Below, one piece after another: positions 1-9,538 of a DNA stretch of 64,000 nt (positions are counted from its first letter, which is position 1; each line of letters begins with the position of its first letter). The position numbers were made by a program, and so were the translations under genes. The notes under the pieces are model-generated. The model searched no databases, was not told the origin of the DNA, and saw only the letters and a list, made by a program, of their open reading frames with translations. Source of the DNA: an uncultured Chloroflexia bacterium (lineage in GTDB: Bacteria; Chloroflexota; Limnocylindria; Limnocylindrales; CSP1-4); NCBI GenBank assembly GCA_963835945.1, contig CAWIHR010000010.1:5857-69856 (forward strand), read 5' to 3'.

Positions 1-355
1 GATCCGGCGTCTGGAAATGGTCATCTGCCACGATCTTGCCGTCGGCGAGACGATAGTAGGTCAGGCCCTGGCCTTCGATCGTCTTCCCACTGGCGAAGGT
101 GTACGCCCAAGTGAAGCGTGCGACCACGGCATCCCCTTCGGCCACGAGGTCCTGAATGTCGAAGCGCATGTCCGAGATGACGGACCTCATCGCCGGCAAC
201 AGCGCCTTGAAGCCTGCGCGGTCCATGCCCCCCATCAGGGGGTTGCGGTAGTTCGAGGCCAACAGCTCGTCGATCAGCCCGACGTTGCCACCAGCCAAGA
301 CCTCCGTGATGAACCGACGGACGACGGCCTTGTTCTGCTCCGTTGACGAGGTCAC
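1..355 (-). CDS. SnoaL-like ester/polyketide cyclase (NTF2 fold), partial; C-terminus runs off the window
   Basis: Absent from the ORF track because it has no stop inside the window. My translation from GTG (complement of 353-355) reads VTSSTEQNKAVVRRFITEVLAGGNVGLIDELLASNYRNPLMGG...RFDIQDLVAEGDAVVARFTWAYTFASGKTIEGQGLTYYRLADGKIVADDHF. This is the usual NKAxVRRFxxEV...GN N-terminus and AEGDxVxxR strand of the family. Confidence 0.6.
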   Translation of the reverse strand, partial: MTSSTEQNKAVVRRFITEVLAGGNVGLIDELLASNYRNPLMGGMDRAGFKALLPAMRSVISDMRFDIQDLVAEGDAVVARFTWAYTFASGKTIEGQGLTYYRLADGKIVADDHFQTPD

Positions 356-649
356 AGTGACCCCTTTCTGGGCGCTTCTGCGCCCTGACCGAAGGGATCG
401 GTCTCGCCACTGGCCCTGCGCGACGGTCGAGGCGACCGCATGGGGACGCCGCGCTGGTGGGAACCCGAGGGCTCCGTGCCTCCCTGCCGTTAGGCGAGTA
501 TGCGCCTCGGCGTCTTTCCTGTCCCAGACGGGGCCCTTCGACTGGCACGCGCATGCTGACCGACAGTGCGGCCATGGCTCGTCGCCGCCATCCTGCTGGC
601 CTACGCGACCCGCGAGGCGCTGTTGACGCAGCTGGTGTCGCGATTCACT

Positions 650-1172
650 GATCGCTCGATCCTTCCGCACGGCCTTGGCGAGGATCTCGTCGGCGCTCTT
701 GACCCATAGAAACGGCGTGGCCCCGGCGTTCCAGTTGGTGGTGAACGTGTCGATCTTGGCCACCAGCTCCTTGACCGAGCCGAAGGAGCCGCGCCGGATG
801 GCCTGACGGGTGAGGACGCTGAACCACGTCTCGACTTGGTTCATCCACGACGCCGAGGTGGGCGTGAAGTGGAAGGTGACCCGCGGATGACGGGCCAGCC
901 AGGCCCGCACGGCGGGCGTCTTATGCGTCGAGACGTTGTCGAGGATGACGTGCAGCTCCGGATCGGAGTAGGCCCGCTCGACCCGGCGCAGGAAGGCCAG
1001 GAAGTCGGCCCCCGTGTGGCGCGCCCGCGCCTGCTGGGTGACCTCCCCGGTCGCCACGTTGAGCGCGGCGAAGAGGCTCGTGGTCCCGTTGCGCACGTAG
1101 TCATGGGTATGGCGCGCGACGGAGCCCGAGCGCAGCGGGAGCATGGGCTGGGTGCGATCGAGAGCCTCAGAT
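650..1172 (-). pseudogene. IS630-family transposase, DDE catalytic part, out of frame with OrfA
   Basis: My translation in another frame reads ...EALDRTQPMLPLRSGSVARHTHDYVRNGTTSLFAALNVATGEV...ELHVILDNVSTHKTPAVRAWLARHPRVTFHFTPTSASWMNQVETWFSVLTRQAIRRGSF...FLWVKSADEILAKA. Two extra bases within CCTCAGATCTCAGG (1165-1178) separate it from OrfA. This frame has no stop codon before the window edge, so the 3' end is set by where homology fades. Confidence 0.75.
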
Positions 1173-1173
1173 C

Positions 1174-1716
1174 TCAGGTCTTCTCGTCGAGCGAGAGGAC
1201 GATCGCCCGCGCTGGCGGGGCGAGATAGAGGCCCACCACGTCGCGCACCTTGGCCTCGAGCGCCGGATCGGTGCTGAACTTGAAGGTCTCGACCCGGTGG
1301 GGCTTCAAGGCCGCCTCGCCCCAGACGCGCTGCACGGTGGTGGTCGACATGCCGACGCGGCGGGCGATGCGCCGCGCGCTCCAGTGGGTCGTCCCGTCGG
1401 GTGGCGGCTCCAGGGTCAACGCGATCACCCGATCGCGATCCGCCCGCGAGTAAGTCGGCCGACGGCCGGGCCGGGGCGCGTCGCGCAACCCCGCGAGCCG
1501 GTCGATCTCGAAGCGGCGCCGCCACAGCAGGACCGTCATGAGATGGACGCCGAGTTCGGCGGCGATCCGCTTGTTGGCGACCCCGTCGGCCGCTCGGACC
1601 ACGATCCGGGCCCGCTGCGCGAGCCGCTGCTGGGTCGTTCGGCCGCGGACCAGTCGGTCGAGGGCCGCTCGTTCGGACGCACTGACATCCAACTGGGGCG
1701 CGGGTGGATGGGCCAT
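1174..1716 (-). CDS. IS630-family transposase, N-terminal HTH part (OrfA)
   Basis: 180-aa track ORF with two HTH-like segments (NKRIAAELGVHLMTVLLWRRRF and WSARRIARRVGMSTTTVQRVW). It ends ...IVLSLDEKT, the conserved IS630 junction just before the DDE domain. Confidence 0.8.
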   Translation of the reverse strand: MAHPPAPQLDVSASERAALDRLVRGRTTQQRLAQRARIVVRAADGVANKRIAAELGVHLMTVLLWRRRFEIDRLAGLRDAPRPGRRPTYSRADRDRVIALTLEPPPDGTTHWSARRIARRVGMSTTTVQRVWGEAALKPHRVETFKFSTDPALEAKVRDVVGLYLAPPARAIVLSLDEKT

Positions 1717-1863
1717 GTCGCGCAGCGTAGCTGCGATCCAGACAATGGTCTAGTCACTTCCGTGTTGAGACACCAGTGAAGGGCGCTGGCGCGCCCCTCA
1801 AACCGTCGAGGGAGACGGACTGGGCAGGCTAACCTCGTGTGCTGATCAAGCCGGAGGTCTGCC

Positions 1864-3447
1864 ATGCCCAGCGCGTCGAGGGTACTCCAGGACCATACCG
1901 TCCTCCAGTGCCGGTCGCTCGATCGGCTCTATCTCAACGCGTACATCCCGCAGCTCCAGCGGCCCGAGTCCGTCAAGCGGTTCCTCGAGCGCGAGCGGAC
2001 GCCGATCGCCTCGCCGGCCCTGTTCCAGGCACGGTCCGACGCGTTCGTGCAGGAGCTTCACGCGTACGCGGAGGGCCATGGCGCGCCCTGGATCGTGTTC
2101 GAGCGCGGCGAGCGCAAGGAGGACCACATGAAGCCGCTCTTCGCGGTGGCCGAGGCGCGCCTCCTGCCGGGGCTCGTCGCGGTCGGGGTCGCCCAGGAGC
2201 GGACGACTGGCTGGAAAGGGACGAAGCGACCACTCGACCGGGGCGGCTTCACGTTCGGCTTCTCGCGGGTCAGCCTGTTCGTCAACGCGTACTACTGCTA
2301 CATCTGGGACGCCGAGTGGGGTCCGAGCTTCATCAAGCTCTCTGGCTACGCGCCGTGGGGCGGCCGCGTGTACCTCAACGGCCACGAGTGGGCGAAGCGC
2401 CAGCTCGCCCGCCGCGGCGTCGGGTACGTGAGCCTCGACAACGGCTTCCGGGCGGTGGACGACCCCGACTTGCTCAACGAGGTCACCGCCTCGCTCGGGG
2501 CCGACAAGATCCGGCGCTACTTCGCGCGCTGGATGCACGAGCTGCCGCAGCCCCTGACCGCCGAGGACCGCGACGCCGGCTACGGCTACGCGCTCTCGAT
2601 GCTGCAGGTCGAGGTATCCGACACGCGGGTGTTCGACCGCCCGATCCGGGGCCGCCAGTGGTTCGAGGCGACGATCGGCGAGCAGCTCACCCTGGGCCGG
2701 CCCGAGACGGTCGCCCTCCTGTTCGGCCGCCGGTCGAACCGCCGCACGCCGGGCCGCTTCGAGACCCGTGTGGTGAGCGCCTACACGACCCCCACGATCA
2801 CGTTCCGCTACAAGCACTCGACGGTCAAGCAGTACCTCAAGGAGGGCCTCGCTCTGCGGACCGAGACGACCATCAACGATGCCTACGACTTCGGCGTCGG
2901 GCGTCGGATCGACCACTTGCCGGAGCTCCGGGCACGGGGCGACGCGATCAACGCCCGGCTCCTCGAGCACGAGGCCAACGCCGAGACCGCGAGGCTCGAC
3001 GGTCCTGAGCTCACTGACCTCGTCCGGCCGGCGTTGGTCGAGGGTCGACAAGTGGCCGCCCTCCGACTCGGGGATCAGCGGGTCATGGCGCTCCTGGCGG
3101 CGGTGGTGATGTTCAGCCACCTCCCCGCGGGCTTTGCGAACGCCCAACTCCGGCGACATGTCGCCGTGCTCCTGAGCACCCCGCTCGAGGAGTATACGAG
3201 CGCCCGCATGACCTATGACCTCGGTCGGCTTGTCGGCCATGGCCTGATCGAGCGCATCGCCAAGAGCCACCGCTACCGGCTCACGCCGGACGGCCTGCGC
3301 CGATGCGCCTTCCTCACCAAGCTCGCCGACCGCGTCCTCGATCCCGGCCTGGCACGTTGTGGGCGACCCGAGCCACCGGGCTCCCACTGGGCGGCGTTCG
3401 ATCGAACGCTCGGCGTGCTCCTGCGGCGCGCCCACCTCGCGACCTGA
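1864..3447 (+). CDS. Large conserved hypothetical protein (527 aa) with C-terminal winged-helix-like segment
   Basis: Long ORF with protein-like composition throughout. The C-terminus MTYDLGRLVGHGLIERIAKSHRYRLTPDGLR looks like a MarR/wHTH recognition wing. The motifs LDRLYLNAYIPQLQ and KQYLKEGLALRTETTINDAYDFGVGRR recall an uncharacterised family seen in actinobacterial genomes (from memory). The antisense 529-aa ORF is treated as a shadow. Confidence 0.7.
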   Translation: MPSASRVLQDHTVLQCRSLDRLYLNAYIPQLQRPESVKRFLERERTPIASPALFQARSDAFVQELHAYAEGHGAPWIVFERGERKEDHMKPLFAVAEARLLPGLVAVGVAQERTTGWKGTKRPLDRGGFTFGFSRVSLFVNAYYCYIWDAEWGPSFIKLSGYAPWGGRVYLNGHEWAKRQLARRGVGYVSLDNGFRAVDDPDLLNEVTASLGADKIRRYFARWMHELPQPLTAEDRDAGYGYALSMLQVEVSDTRVFDRPIRGRQWFEATIGEQLTLGRPETVALLFGRRSNRRTPGRFETRVVSAYTTPTITFRYKHSTVKQYLKEGLALRTETTINDAYDFGVGRRIDHLPELRARGDAINARLLEHEANAETARLDGPELTDLVRPALVEGRQVAALRLGDQRVMALLAAVVMFSHLPAGFANAQLRRHVAVLLSTPLEEYTSARMTYDLGRLVGHGLIERIAKSHRYRLTPDGLRRCAFLTKLADRVLDPGLARCGRPEPPGSHWAAFDRTLGVLLRRAHLAT

Positions 3448-3573
3448 TCTCGAACTTCGCTCAGATGGTCAGATCACGGTTCAGCAAGCAGGGCTAGGGG
3501 CAGCGCGCTTTGATAGACGGCGCATAGTGCACGGGCGCTCGGCTGCATCCCCGAGCGCACCAAGGAGCCCGGA

Positions 3574-4632
3574 ATGGACCTCCGCCATTTCTTCGAAGGC
3601 ATGATGGGCCGCGAGTTGGCCGCCTCAGCGTTCCTCGCAACGCTCCTCGAACACGACCGGGCCTTTCGGCGAGAGTTCCTCGCGCTGGGCCTGAAGGGGG
3701 CCGATCCGCCATTCGCCAGTGCGCCGCCAGAACAGGTGCGTGTCGAAGATGGACGCACCGGATACGGGCCGATGGACATCACCCTCGAGTGGCCGTCCAC
3801 GTTCGTGTTGATCGAGAACAAGCTCTCCTCAGGAACGAAGATGGACGGCCAGCTTCTCCGCTACTACCAAAGTGTGGTCCATCACTGGCCGGAGAAGCGC
3901 ATCGCCGCTCTCTACCTCGCGCCGACGACAGCCATAGGTGGGAGCGAGGTCGCACTCGTGGCGGGCAGTCCCGAGTTCCGCGGCCGGCAGGGCCAACCCG
4001 GTCGCTTATCCGACGCCACAGGCACAGTTGCCTGGGAAGAGGTCGCGGGATTGCCCCATGACCCGCCTCAGCCCGACGACTGGTTTGCGCGGTCGGGCCT
4101 GGACGCCATCCGACGGGAGATCAAGGACATTGGCGAGCCGCTCCCGCCCGATGCCCAGCGAGAGCTGGTTCGGGACATTGTGCAAGCCGCCATGCAACGG
4201 CTCCAGTCAAAGGTGCCCGCCGTCCAGCTGACCCAATGGCACAGCCTCGGCCAAGAGGCAATCTGCACGGCGAAGGCACCGGTGACCCTGTTCGTGACGG
4301 CCATATTCGACGTCGTGCAGGGTCCGAGCTACGGCCTCCATGATGTCGTGGGGGACAGCGGCGTCCGGTTGCGAGTCGACACTTCGCTCAGCCTGCCTCC
4401 CTGGGTGGCGACGTCGTCGGCCCTCGGCCGTGCCTGGCAGGAGCTCAAGCGAGCCGGCTCGATGGATGTCCCCGGAGTTGGTCGCCACATTCTTCGGGGC
4501 GACACGTCCTTCGTCTGCAGCGAGCCGTGGACCGACACCCCGGCGGAGCTCGTGGACTACCTCGTGGAGCGGGGGTGGCGCGTCACAGAGTTCTTGCGTC
4601 CGTACTACGCGATGTCGACGGCCGGCGGCTGA
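3574..4632 (+). CDS. PD-(D/E)xK nuclease-superfamily protein (352 aa), variable C-terminal domain
   Basis: The N-terminal 100 aa carry the restriction-endonuclease-like core: FLATLLEHD...VRVEDGRTGYGPMDITLEWPSTFVLIENKLSSGTKMDGQLLRYY (D...E-x-K followed by QLxRY). The rest shows no motif I recognise. Confidence 0.65.
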   Translation: MDLRHFFEGMMGRELAASAFLATLLEHDRAFRREFLALGLKGADPPFASAPPEQVRVEDGRTGYGPMDITLEWPSTFVLIENKLSSGTKMDGQLLRYYQSVVHHWPEKRIAALYLAPTTAIGGSEVALVAGSPEFRGRQGQPGRLSDATGTVAWEEVAGLPHDPPQPDDWFARSGLDAIRREIKDIGEPLPPDAQRELVRDIVQAAMQRLQSKVPAVQLTQWHSLGQEAICTAKAPVTLFVTAIFDVVQGPSYGLHDVVGDSGVRLRVDTSLSLPPWVATSSALGRAWQELKRAGSMDVPGVGRHILRGDTSFVCSEPWTDTPAELVDYLVERGWRVTEFLRPYYAMSTAGG

Positions 4633-5284
4633 ACCGGCCCGACCGGGCGTCTGCGTATCTACGCCTCGCGGACGCCGTCCCGACCGACCATGACCTCCGG
4701 GCCACGCTGGCTGGCCGTATCGCCCGCCAGTCGTACCACGTCTCCGCCCTGCCGGCATCCACTGCTCGCCGGTGGACTTACAGAGCGGCGGATACGACGT
4801 CGACGAGCTGACGCAGGCCAGGGCCTTCCGGGTCTATCGTGACCAGCAGGAGCTGCTCGACTCGCTCGACGAGCTCGGGTCCCGCTGCAGAGCTGAGAGC
4901 GGCGAGGCTACGCGCGGGGGGCACAATCGGCCGCTGCGTGCCGGGTCGCAGGGACACCGGGGCTATGCGGGCCACCGATCTCGGAGCCCCGACTCCGTCC
5001 CGTCCGTTTCTGCCTCCTCTGACGAGCACACGCTCCCGATAGGGGGACGGCGACCGCCTCGGCGCGACCGACACCGCTAGGCCTTGCAGGACCTTCGCCC
5101 ATGATCCATCGAGAAAGTGGGGCGAGCCATCCACGGGTCTGTCCGTTTCTGCCCCTTGGGCGAGCCTATCACCCTCGGGTCGCGCCGGTCGCGACCCGCC
5201 ATCGGCCGACGCCTGTGCGGGAAAGCAACATCAAGAGGCCGAGGGGTCCCTCGGCGTCGCTTGTTCGTGCAGGACCGCCTCGGT

Positions 5285-5956
5285 CTACTGGTCTCCCGGC
5301 AGCCGGTGGCGGGCCACAAAGCCCGGGGCCTCGGACCGACGCTGCAGGTTGAGCTTCGAGAGGATGCTGCTGACGTAGTTCTTGATCGTCTTGTCCGAGA
5401 GGAACAGCGCGGCCGCGATCTCCTTGTTGGTCTGCCCCTCGGCCAGGTAGAGGAGGATCTTGCGCTCCTGCTTGGTCAGCTCGGCCAACTCATCCCGGTA
5501 GGTCCCGCTGGCGACTCTGCGGATGCGCTCGAGCACCTGCTCGGTGACGGCCGGGTCGAGGAGTGACTCGCCACGCGCCACTGCCTCGAGGGCCGCCACG
5601 AGGTCGCGCCCCCGGCTCTGCTTGAGGAGATAGCCGCTGGCGCCTGCCGCGATGGCGGCGAACACGGCGTCCTCGTCGGGATAGCTCGTCAGCATCAGGA
5701 CCTTGATCTGTGGGTGCTCCGCCCGGATCTCGCGGGCGGCCTCGATCCCCGAGCCATCCGGCAGACGCACGTCCATCACGACGAGGTCGGGCTGATACCG
5801 CCCGGCCATCTCGATCGCTTCCGCCACGTTCCCGGCCTGGGCCACCACCTGGAACCGGGGGTGCCGCTCGAGGAGGGAGACGAGGCCCTGCCGCACCAGC
5901 TCGTGGTCGTCGACGAGCAGGACTCGGAACGGCGTGGCACCAGGCGACGAGCGCAT
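5285..5956 (-). CDS. NarL/FixJ (LuxR-type) response regulator
   Basis: REC domain (RVLLVDDHELVRQGL...PDLVVMDVRLPDGSG...KVLMLTSY) plus LuxR HTH (LTKQERKILLYLAEGQTNKEIAAALFLSDKTIKNYVSSILSKL). Start placed at ATG 5956, preceded by GAGGTG. No adjacent histidine kinase. Confidence 0.9.
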   Translation of the reverse strand: MRSSPGATPFRVLLVDDHELVRQGLVSLLERHPRFQVVAQAGNVAEAIEMAGRYQPDLVVMDVRLPDGSGIEAAREIRAEHPQIKVLMLTSYPDEDAVFAAIAAGASGYLLKQSRGRDLVAALEAVARGESLLDPAVTEQVLERIRRVASGTYRDELAELTKQERKILLYLAEGQTNKEIAAALFLSDKTIKNYVSSILSKLNLQRRSEAPGFVARHRLPGDQ

Positions 5957-6336
5957 GCGCACCTCGGACGGAAACGGGGGACGGTCGTTCGACCGGCGTG
6001 CGCAGTCGATCATCGCAGGGATAGCCGCATCCTGCAGCGGGAGAGGTCAGCTGGCAGCGCGCTGGGACGACTCGACCCCGGCGCCGAACCGGGGTCGAGA
6101 TCGGTGGCCGCCGGCCGGAGGAGGAACTGGAGCGCCGACGGCCGCACCGGTGAGGAGACGATGCAATGCGTGAGACGAGCTATGGGCCGTCGCTGTGACG
6201 CGATCGCATCGCGTTTCAGGGGTGGCACGCGCGTGCCGCATCATGGTCCGATCGCGTGGGGGTGACCATCGGCGAACGCGCGCTGCACGCGAGCCAATCC
6301 GCACCACGTCCGGCGCTGACCTAGACTTGGCGACCC

Positions 6337-7032
6337 GTGAGCGGACGCGAGACCGAGCGCATCGACACCTACCTCGAGGTCGGCGAGAAGCGCACGTTCG
6401 CCGGCGCGATCGACTGGCCCGGCTGGTGTCGCCCCGGTCGCGACGAGACGTCCGCCCTGCACGCGCTGTTCGAGTACGCGCCGCGCTACGCGGCGGTCCT
6501 GGCAACGACCGGGCTCGGGTTCAACGCTCCCGCCGAGCCTGTGGATCTTCGCATCGTTGAGCGTCTCCAGGGAGATGCGACGACGGACTTCGGGGCGCCG
6601 GGTACGGCGCCATCTGGCGACGAGCGGCCGCTCAACGACGCTGACTTCACCCGGCTACGCACCCTGCTCGGAGCCTGTTGGTCGGCCTTCGATCGGGCCG
6701 TGGAGCTAGCGGAGGGAGTCGACCTGCGGAAGGGGCCTCGAGGGGGCGGGCGTGAGCTCGCCGGCATCGCCGAGCACGTGATGGACGCCGAGGCCGGGTA
6801 TCTCGCGCGACTGGCGTGGAGCGCGCCTGCTAGAGACCCGGGCGACCCACGCCATTTCCGCGCCCTCGAGCGTGCGGCTGTGCTTGACGCCTTCGCGGCA
6901 GCCGCGAGTGGGTCGGTGCCCCGGCAGGGCCCGCGCGGCGGCACACGCTGGTCGGCCCGCTACTTCGTCCGGCGCGTCGCCTGGCACGCCTTGGACCACG
7001 CCTGGGAGGTCGAAGACCGCTCGACCTTGTGA
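6337..7032 (+). CDS. Conserved hypothetical protein, DinB-like C-terminal half
   Basis: 231-aa ORF starting at GTG. The C-terminal part HVMDAEAGYLARL...YFVRRVAWHALDHAWEVEDR resembles the His-rich helical bundle of DinB-family proteins. The family call is weak. Confidence 0.55.
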   Translation: MSGRETERIDTYLEVGEKRTFAGAIDWPGWCRPGRDETSALHALFEYAPRYAAVLATTGLGFNAPAEPVDLRIVERLQGDATTDFGAPGTAPSGDERPLNDADFTRLRTLLGACWSAFDRAVELAEGVDLRKGPRGGGRELAGIAEHVMDAEAGYLARLAWSAPARDPGDPRHFRALERAAVLDAFAAAASGSVPRQGPRGGTRWSARYFVRRVAWHALDHAWEVEDRSTL

Positions 7033-7121
7033 CGCCCCGTTCGCGGACGACTGGCGGCTGGCTGCAGTAGGCCCATTTCGCGCGGGGAACACGATCTGAG
7101 GAAAGGGCCAAGGGAGCAGCC

Positions 7122-7385
7122 GTGTCGCTTGAGGAGGACAAGGCGCTCTCGCGGCGCCTCTTACGAAGAAGTCTTCGGGCACGGGAACCTCGCGGCCGCC
7201 GACGAGATCCTCGCGGCCGACTGCATCAGCCACGGTCCGGGGGTGCCACCGGTGGTCGGCACCGAGGGCATCAAGCGCCAGGCCGTGCTCCTGCGCAGCG
7301 CGATGCCCGATCTAGAGTCCACCCTCCAAGACCAGCTCGCCGAGGGCGACCGCGTGGCCAGCCGCTGGACCGGCAGCGGCACTCA
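7122..7385 (+). pseudogene. SnoaL-like ester cyclase, frameshifted and 3'-truncated
   Basis: MSLEEDKALSRR (frame of 7122) continues as YEEVFGHGNLAAADEILAADCISHGPGVPPVVGTEGIKRQAVLLRSAMPDLESTLQDQLAEGDRVASRWTGSGTH in the frame of 7129, with one extra base near 7158-7162. The family sequence stops abruptly at about 7385, where the transposase stub begins. It is a paralogue of the gene at 1-355. Confidence 0.6.
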
Positions 7386-7822
7386 TGGAGGAGCATCCCC
7401 GCGGCGGGCATAAGTTCCCGCCGGCTCCGGTGCCAGGGCGGACGACGGGTCCGCGGGCTGGCGATGCCGGCCGCCCGCAGGATGCGCCGCACGCTCACCC
7501 GGCTACGCTTGATCCCCTCGCGCTCGGCCAGCAGCTCGGCGAGGTGGCTGTCGTTGACGCCGGCGTAGCGACCGGCGGCGAGCTCGAGGATGCGCGCGCG
7601 CCGGTCCTCCGCTAGACGTCGCGGCGAGGCCCGCCCGCGGTTGCCGTGCACGAGCCCCGCGGGGCCCTCCGCTCGTAGGCGGCACGCAAGCGCCAGAGCT
7701 GCCGCTCCGAGCGGCCCATCAGCGCTGGCCGCCTCGGCGACCGTCAGCTCTCCACTGGCCACCTTGGTCAGGACCATCGCCCGGCGTTGCTCCTCGAGGG
7801 TCATCGTGATCGTCTCCTTCAT
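7385..7822 (-). pseudogene. ISNCY-family transposase, N-terminal stub (about 145 aa)
   Basis: MTLEEQRRAMVLTKVASGELTVAEAA...AEGPAGLVHGNRGRASPRRLAEDRRARILELAAGRYAGVNDSHLAELLAEREGIKRSRVSVRRILRAAGIASPRTRRPPWHRSRRE...GMLL matches the N-terminus of ISNCY transposases as I remember them. The catalytic domain is missing; the remainder of ORF 7271-7822 is unrelated read-through. Confidence 0.7.
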
Positions 7823-8065
7823 CGGTGGAGACTGACAAAGTCACTGAGCAATTGGCACTGCCGGATTCACGGAGCAACGACAAACTTGGCCGCCTCCCCT
7901 TGACGGGGACGGGAAAATCGACCCCATCGAGGGGAGGCTCTGACACGCGGCAGCGTCCCACGGTCGCCGAAACCGTGCCGCGTCGAGCCACTGGCGAGAC
8001 CGGCCCGTCGCGTGTCCGGACGCGCCTGCGCCCCGCTGTGGGCGTGTGCGGAAGGGGGGAGCGCC

Positions 8066-9441
8066 ATGAGCCATCCGACGATCGACGCCCTGCGAGGTCG
8101 GGTCACGGGTCGCGTGATCACGCCAGCGGACGACGGCTACGAGGAGGCCCGCCGGGTCTACAACGCGATGATCGACCGGCATCCCCGGGTCGATCGTGCA
8201 GTGCGCGACGGCGCGCGACGTGGCCGCAGCCGTCGACTTCGCGCGAGAGAGCGGGCTGCGCCCTCGCCGTGCGCGGGGGCGGCCACAGCGTGCCGGGCTT
8301 CGGCACCCTCGACGATGGCGTGGTGGCCGACCTGTCCGGCATGCGGGCCGTGACGGTCGACCCGGCCAAGCGCACGGCCCGTGCGCAGGGCGGGGCCACC
8401 TGGGGCGACTTCAACGCCGCGACGCACGAGTACGGCCTGGCGACGACCGGCGGGATCATCTCGACGACCGGGGTCGGCCGGCCTGACGCTGGGCGGGGGG
8501 ATCGGCTACCTCGCCCGCGGCTGCGGCCTCTCCTGCGACAACCTGGTCTCGGCGGAGGTCGTGACCGCCGACGGTCGCACGCTGACGGCCAGCGAGACCG
8601 AGCACCCCGACCTCTTCTGGGCCATCCGGGGCGGCGGCGGCAACTTCGGCGTGGCGACGGCCCTGGAGTTCCGCCTCCACCCGCTCAGGGACATCTACGG
8701 CGGGCCCGATGTTCTTCGAGCTGAAGGACGCGGCCGCCGTGCTGCGCTTCTTCCGCGAGTTCATCGCCGACGCGCCGCGGGCGTTCGGCGGGTTCCCGGC
8801 CTGGCAGATCGCACCGCCCCTGCCCTTCATCCCCGAGGCGCGCCACGGTGAGACGTTCCTCGCCTTCGTGGCCTGCTGGGCGGGCCCCCTCGAGCAGGGC
8901 GCGGCGATCCTCAGGCCACTGCACGATGTCGCGCCGGTGGTGGCCGAGCACGTCGGGCCGATGCCGTACCCGGCGCTCAACAGCGCGTTCGACGGGCTCG
9001 TGCCGGCCGGCCTGCAGCACTACTGGAAGGCGAACTTCGTGCGGGAGCTGACCGACGCGGCGATCGAGCAGCACCTCGAGTACGGCCCGCGGGTGCCGAC
9101 GGTGAACTCGACGGTGCACATCTACCCGATCAACGGCGCCTGCCACGAGGTGGCCAGCGAGGCGACCGCCTTCGCCTACCGCGAGGCCAACTTCGCGCCG
9201 GTGATCGCGGGGATGTGGCCGGACCCCTCGCAGAACGCCGCCAATATCGCCTGGGTGCGCGACTACTACGCGGCCACGGCGCCCCTGTCGGAGGAGGGCG
9301 GCTACATCAACTTCATGGCCGGCGATGACCAGGACCGCGTCAGGGCGAACTACCGGGGCAACTACGCCCGCCTGGTCGCAGGTGAAGCGGACCTACGACC
9401 CCGACAACCTCTTCCGCGTCAACCAGAACATCAAGCCGTGA
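8066..9441 (+). pseudogene. FAD-binding (PCMH/BBE-type) oxidoreductase with at least 5 frameshifts
   Basis: A contiguous family sequence can be read only by hopping frames: [41 protein letters not shown] / [22 protein letters not shown] / [14 protein letters not shown]...GIISTTGVG / [32 protein letters not shown]...[20 protein letters not shown]...GGP / MFFELKD...NYRGNYARLV / VKRTYDPDNLFRVNQNIKP*. The single-base shifts lie near 8190, 8262, 8479, 8707 and 9380. Confidence 0.85.
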
Positions 9442-9538
9442 CCGCGTGAACCCGCAGCGCCGAGGTCGCCTTCGTGTGGTACAGGGGGGACGTCATCGAG
9501 CGCCCGGCTCCCAACAAATCGATCAGGGGAGGACGCTA

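Larger units (their letters stand above)
632..1776 (-). mobile_element. IS630-family insertion sequence with a frameshifted transposase
   Basis: The two transposase ORFs below are bracketed by imperfect terminal inverted repeats found by eye: CTGGTGTCGCGA (632-643) and the reverse complement of 1765-1776 (CTGGTGTCTCAA). The span is 1145 bp, the normal IS630 size. No flanking TA was seen, so the ends are provisional. Confidence 0.6.

Noticed and set aside
1846-3435. 529-aa minus-strand ORF covering the same DNA as the 527-aa plus-strand gene
   Set aside because: It is a shadow ORF typical of high-GC DNA, with an Arg/Gly/Pro/Glu-rich composition and no motifs. The plus-strand frame has the protein-like sequence.
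4640-5284. Overlapping ORFs 4772-5080 (+) and 4778-5134 (-) between the PD-(D/E)xK gene and the LuxR regulator
   Set aside because: Both have only short helical-looking stretches followed by Arg/Pro/Ser-rich sequence. Third-position GC does not clearly favour either frame, and no motifs are present. The region is left unassigned.
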